Below, in pieces: positions 9,246 through 18,942 of a stretch of DNA of 32,000 nucleotides. The position numbers and the translations under genes are program-made. Each line of letters starts with the position of its first letter. The stretch's first letter is position 1. The notes beneath the pieces are model-generated. The model saw only the letters and a program-made list of their open reading frames with translations, searched no databases and was not told the origin of the DNA. Origin of the DNA: Methanothermobacter thermautotrophicus str. Delta H (GTDB lineage Archaea > Methanobacteriota > Methanobacteria > Methanobacteriales > Methanothermobacteraceae); the NCBI RefSeq assembly GCF_000008645.1, contig NC_000916.1, forward strand, positions 570,001 to 602,000. The letters run 5' to 3'.

Positions 9246-10769
9246 CTACAATACCCTGTATACAACGAAGTCCTGATTCTCATAGATTTTCTGAAGGTAG
9301 GGATACTCCAGATCGCTTATATTGATGCGGTTTGGGTTGTAGAATAGGAAACTGCTGGAGGCGTTGAATTTAAAATCTCCACTCGCTTTAAGTCTTTTAT
9401 CAAATACAAGATAACTGATTTCCCTTTCAGTCAGCTCATCCCTTGAAGGGATCTCAGATTTCTCATATAACAGGGAATCCACAGGTCTGTTTGTATATGC
9501 CATTACAAATCCCCCAGTGAAGTAATTTGATAGGGAGATCTTACCATCTTCATTTTGACTGTTGAACCATTTTGCAAGTTCAAATTCTGAATCAGTAGGA
9601 GGAGCAATGTTTATCCTTCCATAAGCAGTCATTGCACCGTAATCGGCTACCTTTGAGCTTGAAAGGTTGTTGAAGGCCTGGAAAACGGCAAATATGAAGA
9701 GGGCTATCAGGAGAATTCTTGCAATATCCTTATTTTTATTTTTGATTGCCTCCACGACGGATATCAAGCCTGAGGATGCCAGGATTGTGAGGGGAATCAT
9801 TATGTATATGAGTACCCTGTAGGTTATGACGTTAATTCCAAAGTAGTAGGACTTTGAGAGAATAAACATTGAAATTATCCATAAAAGTATGAGGCGATCC
9901 CTTAACTCAAATCTTCTGATGGCAGGTATGATGCCTGCGACAGCCAGTACCAGAACAAAATATCCAAGGGCATCGGGATATTTAAGGATACTGAGACTCC
10001 TGGAAACAGAAAGAGATGTGGCGACACCACCATGTCCAAGACTCTTAAAGTAAAATGCTGGTAGCCACCATACTGATGCAATTAATCCTGCTGTTCCAAT
10101 AAGGATGGCATACCCCTTCAAAGCCCTTTTTATAACTCCAGTGTCCCTTTCAAAGTAGAATTCAGTTATCACCAGACCCGCGGTGATGAATGTGATTGCA
10201 AAAACCAGACAGAATGTTGCGGCAGGATGTATAAGTGCGACCAAACCTGTTAAACATCCTGATATGAATGATGCTATAATTTTATCATCCTTAAAAAATT
10301 CATAGAAGAAGAAAATGCTCAGAGGAAGGAATATGAGAGCCATGTTCTCAGGCAGTGATGAACCAAGCCTCATGGCAATTGAGCCAGAGAAAAGGATTAA
10401 ACCAGCAAAGATGCCAACGTACTTATCTTCATATAACCTTGAAGCGACCACAGTAACTGATAAAGCAACCAGAGCTGCTAAAAATGGTTGCATTAGCCTT
10501 GCCACATCAAAGAGGTCCATTCTGAGAACATAACCTAAAACTAGAATTACTAGGTGAAAAACTGGGGGATAATTAATAATGGTTCCCGGAGCGTTGTATA
10601 TAGGGTCAAAAAATGTTAAACCATTTGCCATGTAAACCTTTGAAAGGTGAATATGATAGAATATATCCCACCCTATGGGCCAAGAATACTTAAGAGTCAC
10701 TGAAAGAGTTATTAAAAATATTATAATGGACGGTATGAGGTAAATAAATTTTTGATACAGATCTTTCAT
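9246..10769 (-). CDS. Polytopic membrane protein, GT-C-type glycosyltransferase-like
   Basis: About 10 hydrophobic segments; N-terminal loop WPIGWDIFYHIHLSKVYMANGLTFFDPIYNAPGTIINYPPVFHLV resembles the acidic first loop of polyprenol-phosphate-sugar transferases; soluble C-terminus. Confidence 0.6.
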   Translation of the reverse strand: MKDLYQKFIYLIPSIIIFLITLSVTLKYSWPIGWDIFYHIHLSKVYMANGLTFFDPIYNAPGTIINYPPVFHLVILVLGYVLRMDLFDVARLMQPFLAALVALSVTVVASRLYEDKYVGIFAGLILFSGSIAMRLGSSLPENMALIFLPLSIFFFYEFFKDDKIIASFISGCLTGLVALIHPAATFCLVFAITFITAGLVITEFYFERDTGVIKRALKGYAILIGTAGLIASVWWLPAFYFKSLGHGGVATSLSVSRSLSILKYPDALGYFVLVLAVAGIIPAIRRFELRDRLILLWIISMFILSKSYYFGINVITYRVLIYIMIPLTILASSGLISVVEAIKNKNKDIARILLIALFIFAVFQAFNNLSSSKVADYGAMTAYGRINIAPPTDSEFELAKWFNSQNEDGKISLSNYFTGGFVMAYTNRPVDSLLYEKSEIPSRDELTEREISYLVFDKRLKASGDFKFNASSSFLFYNPNRINISDLEYPYLQKIYENQDFVVYRVL

Positions 10770-11057
10770 GGAACATCCTCCTATCGTGTCATGTACACCT
10801 TGTTAGGGCTATGTTCCACTTGAATTTAAGTTTTTTTCTGCATTCAAATTAGTCACAGAAAAACATCTGCAGAACCAAAGCGTGGTTACCACGGTAACAA
10901 TAAAAGATACTCCATAAGATTAAATAGGATGATGTTAATGACCTCATTATGATAGGAGCATGTAGAGTACTGGTATTCCTTAAAAAATGAGAAAATGTTA
11001 ACATGATGCTGCTCATGTCTGAAATTAAGTTCTGAAAAAGAACTTGGAGAGATAGAA

Positions 11058-11822
11058 ATGAAAATCGGTCGATTAACAATAATAGACATTTTGATAATCC
11101 TTTTCCTGGCCTCGCTAGTTTTATATGGCTTTTTCAAAACCTCAGACATCGATTCAAACATTCAATCATTCACATTCGATTCCTCTGAAATGACTAAGGT
11201 CCAGATAAAGTACAATGATCTTTACAGTAAGGGAAAAATCATAAACAGCAAAATCCATGGATTTAATTCCTTAAAGCAGAAGAGAGAAGAAATCTATGGT
11301 GAAGTTATATGGGTGGGAACCGTTAACGGAAAGGTGGAAGTCCTCCTTGACGTTAATGGAAAGAAAATTCTTGCCGGAGGATATGATGATAAATTTGCAG
11401 ATTATTACATTGATTCCATCACACTGGAAGCTGCAGGTAGTAAGAACGCCACTGACATCATTATAGAACCCCTTAAAATTAACAGAATGTCCGATTTAAT
11501 TCTGGATATTCCCGGGCTAAAATATGAGCTAACAACAAATATACCCATCAGCGATGTGGATGCATCCAGATTCCAGGAACTTACAAAGGAACTGTACAGC
11601 AGAGAAAGATACGTGCCGATCACATTAAATTCCCCTAACAGCAGGATAGAAGTATTTCAGGCCACACCCGAAGCCTTGAAGGTATCTGATGAAGTCCTCG
11701 GAGATCTAAATGGTCAGACAGATTTCATCACGATAAGGGTATACAACGCCAATGAGGACGTAATAGAGAAAATAAAAGGTAAGTACTCCGTCATAAAGGT
11801 CGTTAATCTCAACAACCTATAA
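11058..11822 (+). CDS. Single-pass membrane-anchored DUF4330-like protein
   Basis: MKIGRLTIIDILIILFLASLVLYGFFK anchor followed by a predicted extracytoplasmic beta-rich domain; RBS-like GGAGA upstream. Family name is from recall. Confidence 0.6.
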   Translation: MKIGRLTIIDILIILFLASLVLYGFFKTSDIDSNIQSFTFDSSEMTKVQIKYNDLYSKGKIINSKIHGFNSLKQKREEIYGEVIWVGTVNGKVEVLLDVNGKKILAGGYDDKFADYYIDSITLEAAGSKNATDIIIEPLKINRMSDLILDIPGLKYELTTNIPISDVDASRFQELTKELYSRERYVPITLNSPNSRIEVFQATPEALKVSDEVLGDLNGQTDFITIRVYNANEDVIEKIKGKYSVIKVVNLNNL

Positions 11823-11826
11823 AATT

Positions 11827-13113
11827 TTGAAGGTACCGATTATTATGAGCCAGATTTATGATACAACAAGAAGACTGTGTAAAAGCTTTGAATGGAAGTT
11901 TAAGGAAGCATTTATCTTCAATTTACTCCTGGCCCTCTTCATGGGTATTGAAGAGAAATGGTTAAATAGCTTTATAAAGAGTATGTATCCTGGACATAAT
12001 TTTCTCAGCTCCCTCAAAAGGAGCAGGGTACTGAAAAACCATATCTTTTCACCTCCTTCATTTATCGTGTTCTTCTCAATGTTCATGGCCCTTGCTGCCA
12101 TTCCAGTCCAGAAAACATTACAGATCAATATACTGATCGGTTTTTCATGTTTTCTTCTTTTTTCAGTGATTATGCCAGGGGTGATTCTAAGGGGTGATAG
12201 GTACCTGAGATTCAGTATTGATGACATCAGATCAATGGGTTTCACTTTATTCATTATTGGATCTGCCTTTCTGGCCATAACACTAACAGACGTTGGTGGC
12301 ATCCCCCTCCTGAAACCTTCCCTCAGATACCTCCTCAATCCGAAGCTAACTATCCCGGTTTATCTTATGATTCCAGGGACAGCTTTCATGTTAGCTTACA
12401 TAACCGATAAGATGCAAAAAAGCGTTATAGACAGATCAACTGCAAGGTTCCGGGCCATTACTGTTTCACTGACCTGTCTTGTTATGCTGGCCCTCCTGGG
12501 ATACCGGACACCCCTGGTTGCTGTAATACTCATAACCTTTATCATGGGTTATTACAGTGGATTATTCGAAATATGGGAGGTCCTGGGATCCTTCGCGGTA
12601 GCCTTAATGATAATTATGGGCATAGGTTACTTCAGATCCGTTGAGGAGTACTCATTAAGCAACCTGGGTCCGCTTACAGTTCTAAAAATGAGGGCATCAT
12701 TTACAATGAGCATACTCAACAGATTATCCGCACTTGCAGGGATGACAGGTGTTATGCATGGTGATTTAACCCTCAGCATGATTCCAGGTGCAGGTAGTGG
12801 TCCGCGAGCATTGATAGGGAAGCTGGTCCTCTGGAGAACAGGTGTTACAATCACTCCAACCCTGTTCGGTCAGATGCTTGTGGAGTTTGGTACCATCGGA
12901 GTGGCATTCGGTATGAGCATCCTTGGTCTTATCCTGGGAATTGGATACAGGATAATGCAAAAAACACGAGATTCGTTTTATATCATGCTCTACTCAATCG
13001 TGATGGCATACTGTCTCATCTCAATCGAAACTGGAATCCTTGATCAGCTCGTGGTTATCTACATTTTATGTGCATTTATTATATACATCTACAACATATA
13101 CCTTAACATATGA
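11827..13113 (+). CDS. Polytopic membrane protein, oligosaccharide repeat-unit polymerase-like (Wzy/O-antigen polymerase type)
   Basis: Multiple TM segments, LVMLALLGYRTPLVAVILITFIMGYYSG, large loop with SMIPGAGSGPRALIGKLVLWRTGVTITPTLFGQMLVEFGTIGVAFGM; starts 4 nt after the previous stop. Confidence 0.65.
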   Translation: MKVPIIMSQIYDTTRRLCKSFEWKFKEAFIFNLLLALFMGIEEKWLNSFIKSMYPGHNFLSSLKRSRVLKNHIFSPPSFIVFFSMFMALAAIPVQKTLQINILIGFSCFLLFSVIMPGVILRGDRYLRFSIDDIRSMGFTLFIIGSAFLAITLTDVGGIPLLKPSLRYLLNPKLTIPVYLMIPGTAFMLAYITDKMQKSVIDRSTARFRAITVSLTCLVMLALLGYRTPLVAVILITFIMGYYSGLFEIWEVLGSFAVALMIIMGIGYFRSVEEYSLSNLGPLTVLKMRASFTMSILNRLSALAGMTGVMHGDLTLSMIPGAGSGPRALIGKLVLWRTGVTITPTLFGQMLVEFGTIGVAFGMSILGLILGIGYRIMQKTRDSFYIMLYSIVMAYCLISIETGILDQLVVIYILCAFIIYIYNIYLNI

Positions 13114-13117
13114 TTTT

Positions 13118-15619
13118 CTATGCCCCCCTACCTTTTTCAATGGCCCGCACAATCCCTGAACATTCCTTCAGGTACCTCCTCCTTTTAAATGCGCTGGCGA
13201 TCCTCCCTATGGATTCAAGGGCCCTGACGGTGGTATCAAGCCAGCTGAAGATATCCCCTGGGTAGGCCTGAATCTGGTATCTGGACAGAAGTCCCCTGCT
13301 TATCTCCACCGGGTCCCTGCCACTGATACGCTCTGCTATAATATGTTCAGATAATCTGCGCTGTATGCATCCACAGAATGGTCTGTCCCTACATTCACAG
13401 GATAGGAAATCCATCTGCAAATTGAGAACAGCCTCCTGAAGTTTACTGTCAAGCTTCACAAGGTTATCCCCATCTGAGAGTATGTCGAGGGTTGAATCCG
13501 CCATCAGATTCATTGAGAACCTTGCTCCAGCTGCCCTGCTGAGGGCACGGTGCAGCCTCCCTGATAGATATGCTCCCTCAAAGGGTTCGAGCTCCAGTGC
13601 TATGTCCAGGGGTCTCCTTGAAGCCCCCTTAAGGTGGCCCCTTATGTACTCGGCATCGGTCACACCTATGAATGACTTTGAGACTGCCACCCCATAACCG
13701 GTGGCGCGGAGTCCACCATCCCTGACTATCATGCCATGGGATTCAAGGATGTCAAGGGCTCCTTCAGGGTCCAGGGGCCATGAGGGGTCTGGAGAGATTT
13801 CAGATTCAGATTTTATAGCACCTGAGGTTATATCTGCCAGGATGTTCTCAAGGACATCCTCCTCTGTGTAATTTACATCCACAGGGTCAGGTCCGCTTTC
13901 AAGGAGTTTGAGCGCCATGGCCTCCTCTGACTCGCCATCAAACTCCATTCCAACCTCTGCAAGGACATATACAACGCCACGGTCATGGTAGGAGGGTCTG
14001 CCCGCCCTTCCAAGCATCTGTGCAAATTCGTTGGGCATGAGCCACCTGTTTCCCATGAGAAGCGTTTCAAAGACTACCTGTGATGCCGGGAAATCCACTC
14101 CAGCGGCAAGTGCGGCAGTTGTAACTATTGCTGCGAGTTCCTGTGATGCGAAGGCCCTTTCTATGCGCTGCCTTTCCCTGTAGGATAAACCTGCATGGTA
14201 GGCCGCCGCCCTCACACCCCTCCGTGTCAGATAATCTGCAATGAGCCTCGTCTTTCTACGGGAATTGGTGAAGACTATCGTCTGGCCCCGGAACCCCTTT
14301 TCTGATTCTGTGGAGAACTCCCTCTCAGCAAGCCTGAGTATGAGGTTCTTCTTATCCTCCTCCCCCCTGGAGAATACGAGGTGCCTCTCAAGGGGGACAG
14401 GTCTCCTGTCATACTCAACCAGTCTAAGCCCGAACTCAGAGGCCACCTCAAGGTTGTTCTTCACGGTTGCAGAGAGTGCGATTATCTGGGCATCAGGAAA
14501 GAGTCTTCTTATGCGCTTTATCATTCCCTTGAGCCTTGAACCCCTCTCCTCATCCTCAAGGGTGTGGATCTCATCAATGACAACCACACCAACATCCCCC
14601 AGGATGCCAGACCTCCCTGCCCTCAGGATGTAGTCCATCCCCTCATAGGTTCCGACCACTATATCGGCTTTGCTAACATCTGTCTCCGGAATTCTGAGTT
14701 CATCTCTTGCCCTTATGCGACTCATACCGACCTTTATGGCTGTTTTGAGTTTTAGGGGTGAGTACCTCCTTCTGAAGTCCCGGTACTTCTGGTTCGCAAG
14801 GGCCACCAGTGGCGTGAGGTATATGAATTTTTCACCACCCAGGGCCCTGGGTATGCCTGCAAGTTCAGCTATGAGGGTCTTTCCGCTAGCAGTTGCAGAT
14901 ACAACCATGAGGTCCTCCCCCTCCAGGAGCCCCGCATCCACTGCAAGGACCTGTACAGGTCTGAGAACCGTGTTACCCTCCCTTTTAAGCATCCTCTTAA
15001 ATTTTTCCGGTACTGCAAGTTTATCAAGAGGGACGCGGGGGGTCCTCTCTGATTCCGATGTCACGGTGTCATAGCGGGTCAGTTCATGGTTCTCGAGAGG
15101 GTCAAAGCGGGGGGACATCATCTCCAGTATCTTATCAAGGCTTACACCACGCCTTATAAGTCTCCTGAAGTTTCTGAATGTTGATCCGTCCATGCCTGCA
15201 AATTTAAGCTCCCTCTTTATGAGCTCATCAACGCATCTTGAACATATGATCTGACCTGCGTGCACCGTCGATGACCTTGAACTTACAACTGTCAGATAGC
15301 CCTCATGGAGGCAGTGCTGGCATACCCTTGCATACCTGTAGCTGATGCCGTAGGATGAGAGTAGATCCTCAATTTCCGGGTCACGTCCTGTTAAAATAAC
15401 AGCCTGCTTCTTCAGTATCTTAAGGGCCTCTGATGGTTTCCTGAGGGTTTCACGTTCACCCTTCTCAACCGTGAACCTTGATATCCTCGGTCCTGCTTCT
15501 GTGCTCCTGATTTTTAGTCTGCCCCAGTAAGCAGGTTTTCTGCGTGTGTTGAGGATCTTCTTTGGGTTTCCTGCCGGTATAAAATCAACGGACCTTTTCC
15601 TTCTGTTTAAAACTATCAT
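13118..15619 (-). CDS. Ski2/Hel308-like SF2 helicase with Cys-rich N- and C-terminal regions
   Basis: SATASGKT (motif I), DEIHTLEDEERG (II), ALSATVKN (III), QTIVFTNSRRKTRLIADYL, AAYHAGLSYRERQRIE, TTAALAAGVDFPAS, QMLGRAGRPSYHDRG. N-terminal CQHC...CSRC and C-terminal CECRDRPFCGC. ORF extends to 15676, but the start at 15619 avoids overlapping the upstream gene. Confidence 0.88.
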   Translation of the reverse strand: MIVLNRRKRSVDFIPAGNPKKILNTRRKPAYWGRLKIRSTEAGPRISRFTVEKGERETLRKPSEALKILKKQAVILTGRDPEIEDLLSSYGISYRYARVCQHCLHEGYLTVVSSRSSTVHAGQIICSRCVDELIKRELKFAGMDGSTFRNFRRLIRRGVSLDKILEMMSPRFDPLENHELTRYDTVTSESERTPRVPLDKLAVPEKFKRMLKREGNTVLRPVQVLAVDAGLLEGEDLMVVSATASGKTLIAELAGIPRALGGEKFIYLTPLVALANQKYRDFRRRYSPLKLKTAIKVGMSRIRARDELRIPETDVSKADIVVGTYEGMDYILRAGRSGILGDVGVVVIDEIHTLEDEERGSRLKGMIKRIRRLFPDAQIIALSATVKNNLEVASEFGLRLVEYDRRPVPLERHLVFSRGEEDKKNLILRLAEREFSTESEKGFRGQTIVFTNSRRKTRLIADYLTRRGVRAAAYHAGLSYRERQRIERAFASQELAAIVTTAALAAGVDFPASQVVFETLLMGNRWLMPNEFAQMLGRAGRPSYHDRGVVYVLAEVGMEFDGESEEAMALKLLESGPDPVDVNYTEEDVLENILADITSGAIKSESEISPDPSWPLDPEGALDILESHGMIVRDGGLRATGYGVAVSKSFIGVTDAEYIRGHLKGASRRPLDIALELEPFEGAYLSGRLHRALSRAAGARFSMNLMADSTLDILSDGDNLVKLDSKLQEAVLNLQMDFLSCECRDRPFCGCIQRRLSEHIIAERISGRDPVEISRGLLSRYQIQAYPGDIFSWLDTTVRALESIGRIASAFKRRRYLKECSGIVRAIEKGRGA

Positions 15620-15644
15620 TATATCTCTCAAAAAAATTAAAAAA

Positions 15645-17291
15645 TCAGGGCTGCTCCTTCTTCTTGAGGAGCTCAACCGCCATCTCCCTCAATTTGAACT
15701 TCTGGACCTTCCCGCTTGCAGTGAGGGGGAACTCGTCCACAAAGAAGACGTGCTTTGGAACCTTGTATCTTGCTATTCTCTGGATGGCATAGTCCCTCAC
15801 GTCCTCCTCCAGGATATCTGCACCGTCCTCCCTTATGATGAAGGCTCCTACTATCTCCCCGTACTTCTCGTCGGGTATACCCACCACCTGCACGTCCTTT
15901 ACACCCGGCATTGTGTGGAGGAACTCCTCGATCTCCCTGGGGTAGATGTTCTCACCTCCCCTTATGATCATGTCCTTTATTCTGCCCACGATGGAGTAGT
16001 AGCCGTCCTCATCCATAACCGCCAGGTCACCGCTGTGGAGCCATCCATCCTCATCGATGGCCTCTGCTGTCATCTCAGGCATCTTGTAGTATCCCTTCAT
16101 GACGTTGTAGCCGCGGCAGCATATCTCACCGGGTTCTCCGGGTCCGAGTTCCTCTCCTGTTTCAGGGTCGACTATCTTGACCTCAATGTGGGGGAGGGGT
16201 GTCCCAACGGTCTCGACGCGCTTCTCGATGGGGTCGTCCACACTGGTCTGTGTGAAGACAGGTGATGCCTCTGTGAGGCCGTAGGCTATTGTGACCTCCT
16301 TCATGTTCATGTCATTCATGACACGCTTCATGGCCTCTATCGGGCAGGGTGACCCTGCCATGATACCCGTGCGCAGTGAGGAGAGGTCGAACATGTCAAA
16401 CATTGGGTGGGTGAACTCTGCTATGAACATTGTTGGAACTCCGTAGAGTGCGGTGCACCTCTCCTTTTCAACAGCTGCAAGGACGAGGAGGGGGTCGAAG
16501 AGCTCTATCATCACCAGTGTGCCCCCGTGGGTGAGGAGGGCAAGGACACCCAGGACTATGCCGAAGCAGTGAAAGAGGGGTACCGGCAGGCATAGCCTGT
16601 CCTCCTCTGTGAACCTCTGTCTTTCCCCTATGTAGTAACCGTTGTTGAGTATGTTCCTGTGGGTGAGCATTACCCCCTTGGGGAATCCTGTGGTGCCTGA
16701 GGTGTACTGCATGTTGATAACATCGGTGTTTTTGAGGGTTGACATCACCGTCCTTAGCTCGGTGTCAGGGACGTGTTTTCCGAGGAGCATCAGTTCATTG
16801 GTGTTGTACATACCCCTGTGCTTCTGAGCACCGATGTATATTACGCTTCGAAGTTCAGGGAACCTTTCACTCCTGAGGTGGCCCCTCTCATGGGTCTTGA
16901 GTTCAGGTACCAGTTCATAGAGTGTCTGTACATAGTCAACATCCCTGAAGCCGTCTATTATGGCTAGGGCCTTCATATCGGACTGTTTCATGACGTATTC
17001 CAGTTCATGACTCTTATATGCTGTGTTGACCGTTACAAGGACCGCCCCTATCTTTGCAGTTGCGAACAGGAAGGTGAGCCAGTCAGGTACATTGGTTGCC
17101 CAGATACCAACGTGGTCCCCCTTCCCGATGCCAATAGATAGGAGGCCCTTCGCAAGGAGGTTGACCCTTTCATTGAATTCTCTGTAGGTGAAACGCAGGT
17201 CCCTGTCGGGGTATACTATGAATTCCTTATCAGCGTACCTTTCAACCTGTTTCTCGAAGAATTCCCCTATTGTATCTTCAGTGAAAACCAT
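15645..17291 (-). CDS. AMP-forming acyl-CoA synthetase (ligase)
   Basis: [21 protein letters not shown]-loop, [57 protein letters not shown]-terminal [14 protein letters not shown]. Confidence 0.94.
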   Translation of the reverse strand: MVFTEDTIGEFFEKQVERYADKEFIVYPDRDLRFTYREFNERVNLLAKGLLSIGIGKGDHVGIWATNVPDWLTFLFATAKIGAVLVTVNTAYKSHELEYVMKQSDMKALAIIDGFRDVDYVQTLYELVPELKTHERGHLRSERFPELRSVIYIGAQKHRGMYNTNELMLLGKHVPDTELRTVMSTLKNTDVINMQYTSGTTGFPKGVMLTHRNILNNGYYIGERQRFTEEDRLCLPVPLFHCFGIVLGVLALLTHGGTLVMIELFDPLLVLAAVEKERCTALYGVPTMFIAEFTHPMFDMFDLSSLRTGIMAGSPCPIEAMKRVMNDMNMKEVTIAYGLTEASPVFTQTSVDDPIEKRVETVGTPLPHIEVKIVDPETGEELGPGEPGEICCRGYNVMKGYYKMPEMTAEAIDEDGWLHSGDLAVMDEDGYYSIVGRIKDMIIRGGENIYPREIEEFLHTMPGVKDVQVVGIPDEKYGEIVGAFIIREDGADILEEDVRDYAIQRIARYKVPKHVFFVDEFPLTASGKVQKFKLREMAVELLKKKEQP

Positions 17292-17308
17292 AAATCCACC
17301 CTTATAAG

Positions 17309-17714
17309 TTAATCTTCCTCCACGAGGTGCTCCTCAAGCTGCTTCCTTATCTCGGGAGGTATAGGCTTCTTTCTCTGCTCTATGAAGTCATAGTGGACAA
17401 GGACGGCCTTGTTCCGGTGCCTTGAGTTCCCCATCCTGCCATGCCTCATGCCCTATTGTGAAGGAGGAGTTTCCGATGTGGGTTATGTAACTCCTTATCT
17501 CAACGTCACTTCCATAGTACATCTGGGCCAGGAAGTCGAACTCCGTCCTCACGAGTATGAGCTTCCACTTCTCATAGCTGAGGTCGAGGTCGGGCGTGAA
17601 CATCCTGAATATCGGGTTCCTGCCCTTTTCGAACCAGACCGCGAGAACTGTGTTGTTGACATGCCTGAGACCGTCTATATCCCCGAAGCGGGGTGTTACT
17701 GTGATTTTGAACAT
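17309..17714 (-). pseudogene. 4HBT (hot-dog) acyl-CoA thioesterase, apparently split by a 1-nt insertion (real frameshift or sequence error)
   Basis: ORF 17388..17714 has MFKITVTPRFGDIDGLRHVNNTVLAVWFEKGRNPIF (hot-dog motif) and ends in atypical APEQGRPCPL*. In the adjacent frame, [36 protein letters not shown] continues to a stop at 17309-17311. The whole span is 406 nt (3n+1). Confidence 0.75.
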
Positions 17715-17725
17715 TCTATCATCAA

Positions 17726-18298
17726 CTAGAATGGTGTGTAGACGACTGCAAGTATCCTTGCATTTTCCTCGCCGGCTGCATGGAGGTGGTGGGGTACCAC
17801 GGAGTCATAGTAGATGCTGTCACCCTCTGATAGAAGGTAGCGGTCCTGTCCATAGATAACCTCTATTTCACCCTCAAGGACGTATATGAACTCCTCACCC
17901 TCATGGGATGATAGTTTGAAGTCATCGGTGTGGAGTTCCACGTCGATTATGAAGGGTTCCATGTGCCTGTCACCTTTACCTGCGCCGAGGGAGTGGAAGC
18001 TGAGGTTGCTGGTGTCTGTCTTCTCCTCATAGCCTGAGAAGTGTATCACCCTCTGGGTTTTACCCTTCCTCACTATGACCGGTTCGTCCTGGACCCTGTC
18101 ATCAAGGAGGGTGCCGAGCCTCACACCAAGGGTTCTTGAGATCTTTATGAGGGGTGTGAGTGATGGTATAATGTCCCCTTCCTCTATTTTCTTTATGAGT
18201 TCCGCATTAACCCCGCTTCTTTCTGCGAGCTCATCTACTGTTATGTTCTGGTTATCTCTGAGCTGTTTTATTCTCTCTCCCACTGTGTTTTCCGGCAC
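17726..18298 (-). CDS. XRE-family HTH plus cupin transcriptional regulator
   Basis: N-terminal HTH ERIKQLRDNQNITVDELAERSGVNAELIKKIEEGDIIPSLTPLIKISRTLGV; C-terminal cupin FKLSSHEGEEFIYVLEGEIEVIYGQDRYLLSEGDSIYYDSVVPHHLHA. Confidence 0.92.
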   Translation of the reverse strand: MPENTVGERIKQLRDNQNITVDELAERSGVNAELIKKIEEGDIIPSLTPLIKISRTLGVRLGTLLDDRVQDEPVIVRKGKTQRVIHFSGYEEKTDTSNLSFHSLGAGKGDRHMEPFIIDVELHTDDFKLSSHEGEEFIYVLEGEIEVIYGQDRYLLSEGDSIYYDSVVPHHLHAAGEENARILAVVYTPF

Positions 18299-18514
18299 GT
18301 GATCACCTTAACATTATGGTAAGCTGTATCTATTATCTAAAATCTCAGTTTAAAAAAATTGCTGTTTAAAAATGTGCAGAGCATCAGCATATGCATGACG
18401 AACTGTTAAGTAATCTCCTAAATGATCTCCGGTTATCTGAAAATATGTCAATGTTCACATCCCTGCAGAGATGCAACCATTCCATGTAATATCTGAGGGG
18501 GTAATGGATTCGTA

Positions 18515-18823
18515 TCAATCCTGGTTACGGTTAAATGGCGTGGAGGACCGGTTGGTTCTATTGTCAATGTAGACAGTGACATCGCTGGTGTTGGTTATAT
18601 TGGTTGTGTTATTCAGCACATGCTTCCTGAGGGTTACCGGTTCAAAGCCAGGGTTTCCCATGGTCTGTATCTTTTCTTCGGAGGGAAGGATGTCAGTGGG
18701 TAGCTCAACTGCAAAGGATGGCTTTAGAAGTATACACATGGTCGATGAAAACCCGTAGGCAATTAAAGCTATCATGAGGATCGCGAAAAGCCTTCCCTTC
18801 TTTGTTGAGTTCAATGGTAACAC
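18515..18823 (-). CDS. Small secreted/membrane-anchored hypothetical protein
   Basis: N-terminal charged plus hydrophobic segment [26 protein letters not shown], followed by an extracytoplasmic-looking region with several N-x-S/T sequons ([17 protein letters not shown]). Confidence 0.5.
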   Translation of the reverse strand: MLPLNSTKKGRLFAILMIALIAYGFSSTMCILLKPSFAVELPTDILPSEEKIQTMGNPGFEPVTLRKHVLNNTTNITNTSDVTVYIDNRTNRSSTPFNRNQD

Positions 18824-18874
18824 CTCTCTACTTTTTTTATTCTCATGATATTTATAATGTTGGTAGATTTTCGG

Positions 18875-18888
18875 AAGTAGGTTACCGG
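18875..18888. promoter_or_regulatory. Imperfect NrpR-type operator GGAA-N6-TACC upstream of amtB copy 1
   Basis: GGAAGTAGGTTACC at 18875-18888, downstream of TATA-like atatttataa (18850-18859). Confidence 0.5.
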
Positions 18889-18942
18889 CATCCTTATATT
18901 GGTGATTGCAGATATGTTAGGCACATCCAAAAGGAGAGTGAT

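Noticed and set aside
10849-11161. Two overlapping minus-strand ORFs (76 and 91 aa) between the GT-C-like and DUF4330-like genes
   Set aside because: They overlap the 5' end of the supported DUF4330-like gene and have no recognisable motif; more probably promoter/leader region. Kept out of features.
11856-12338. 160-aa minus-strand ORF
   Set aside because: Antisense to the polymerase-like membrane protein, no motif.
15546-16265. 239-aa plus-strand ORF
   Set aside because: Antisense to the acyl-CoA synthetase and helicase N-terminal coding; no recognisable motifs.
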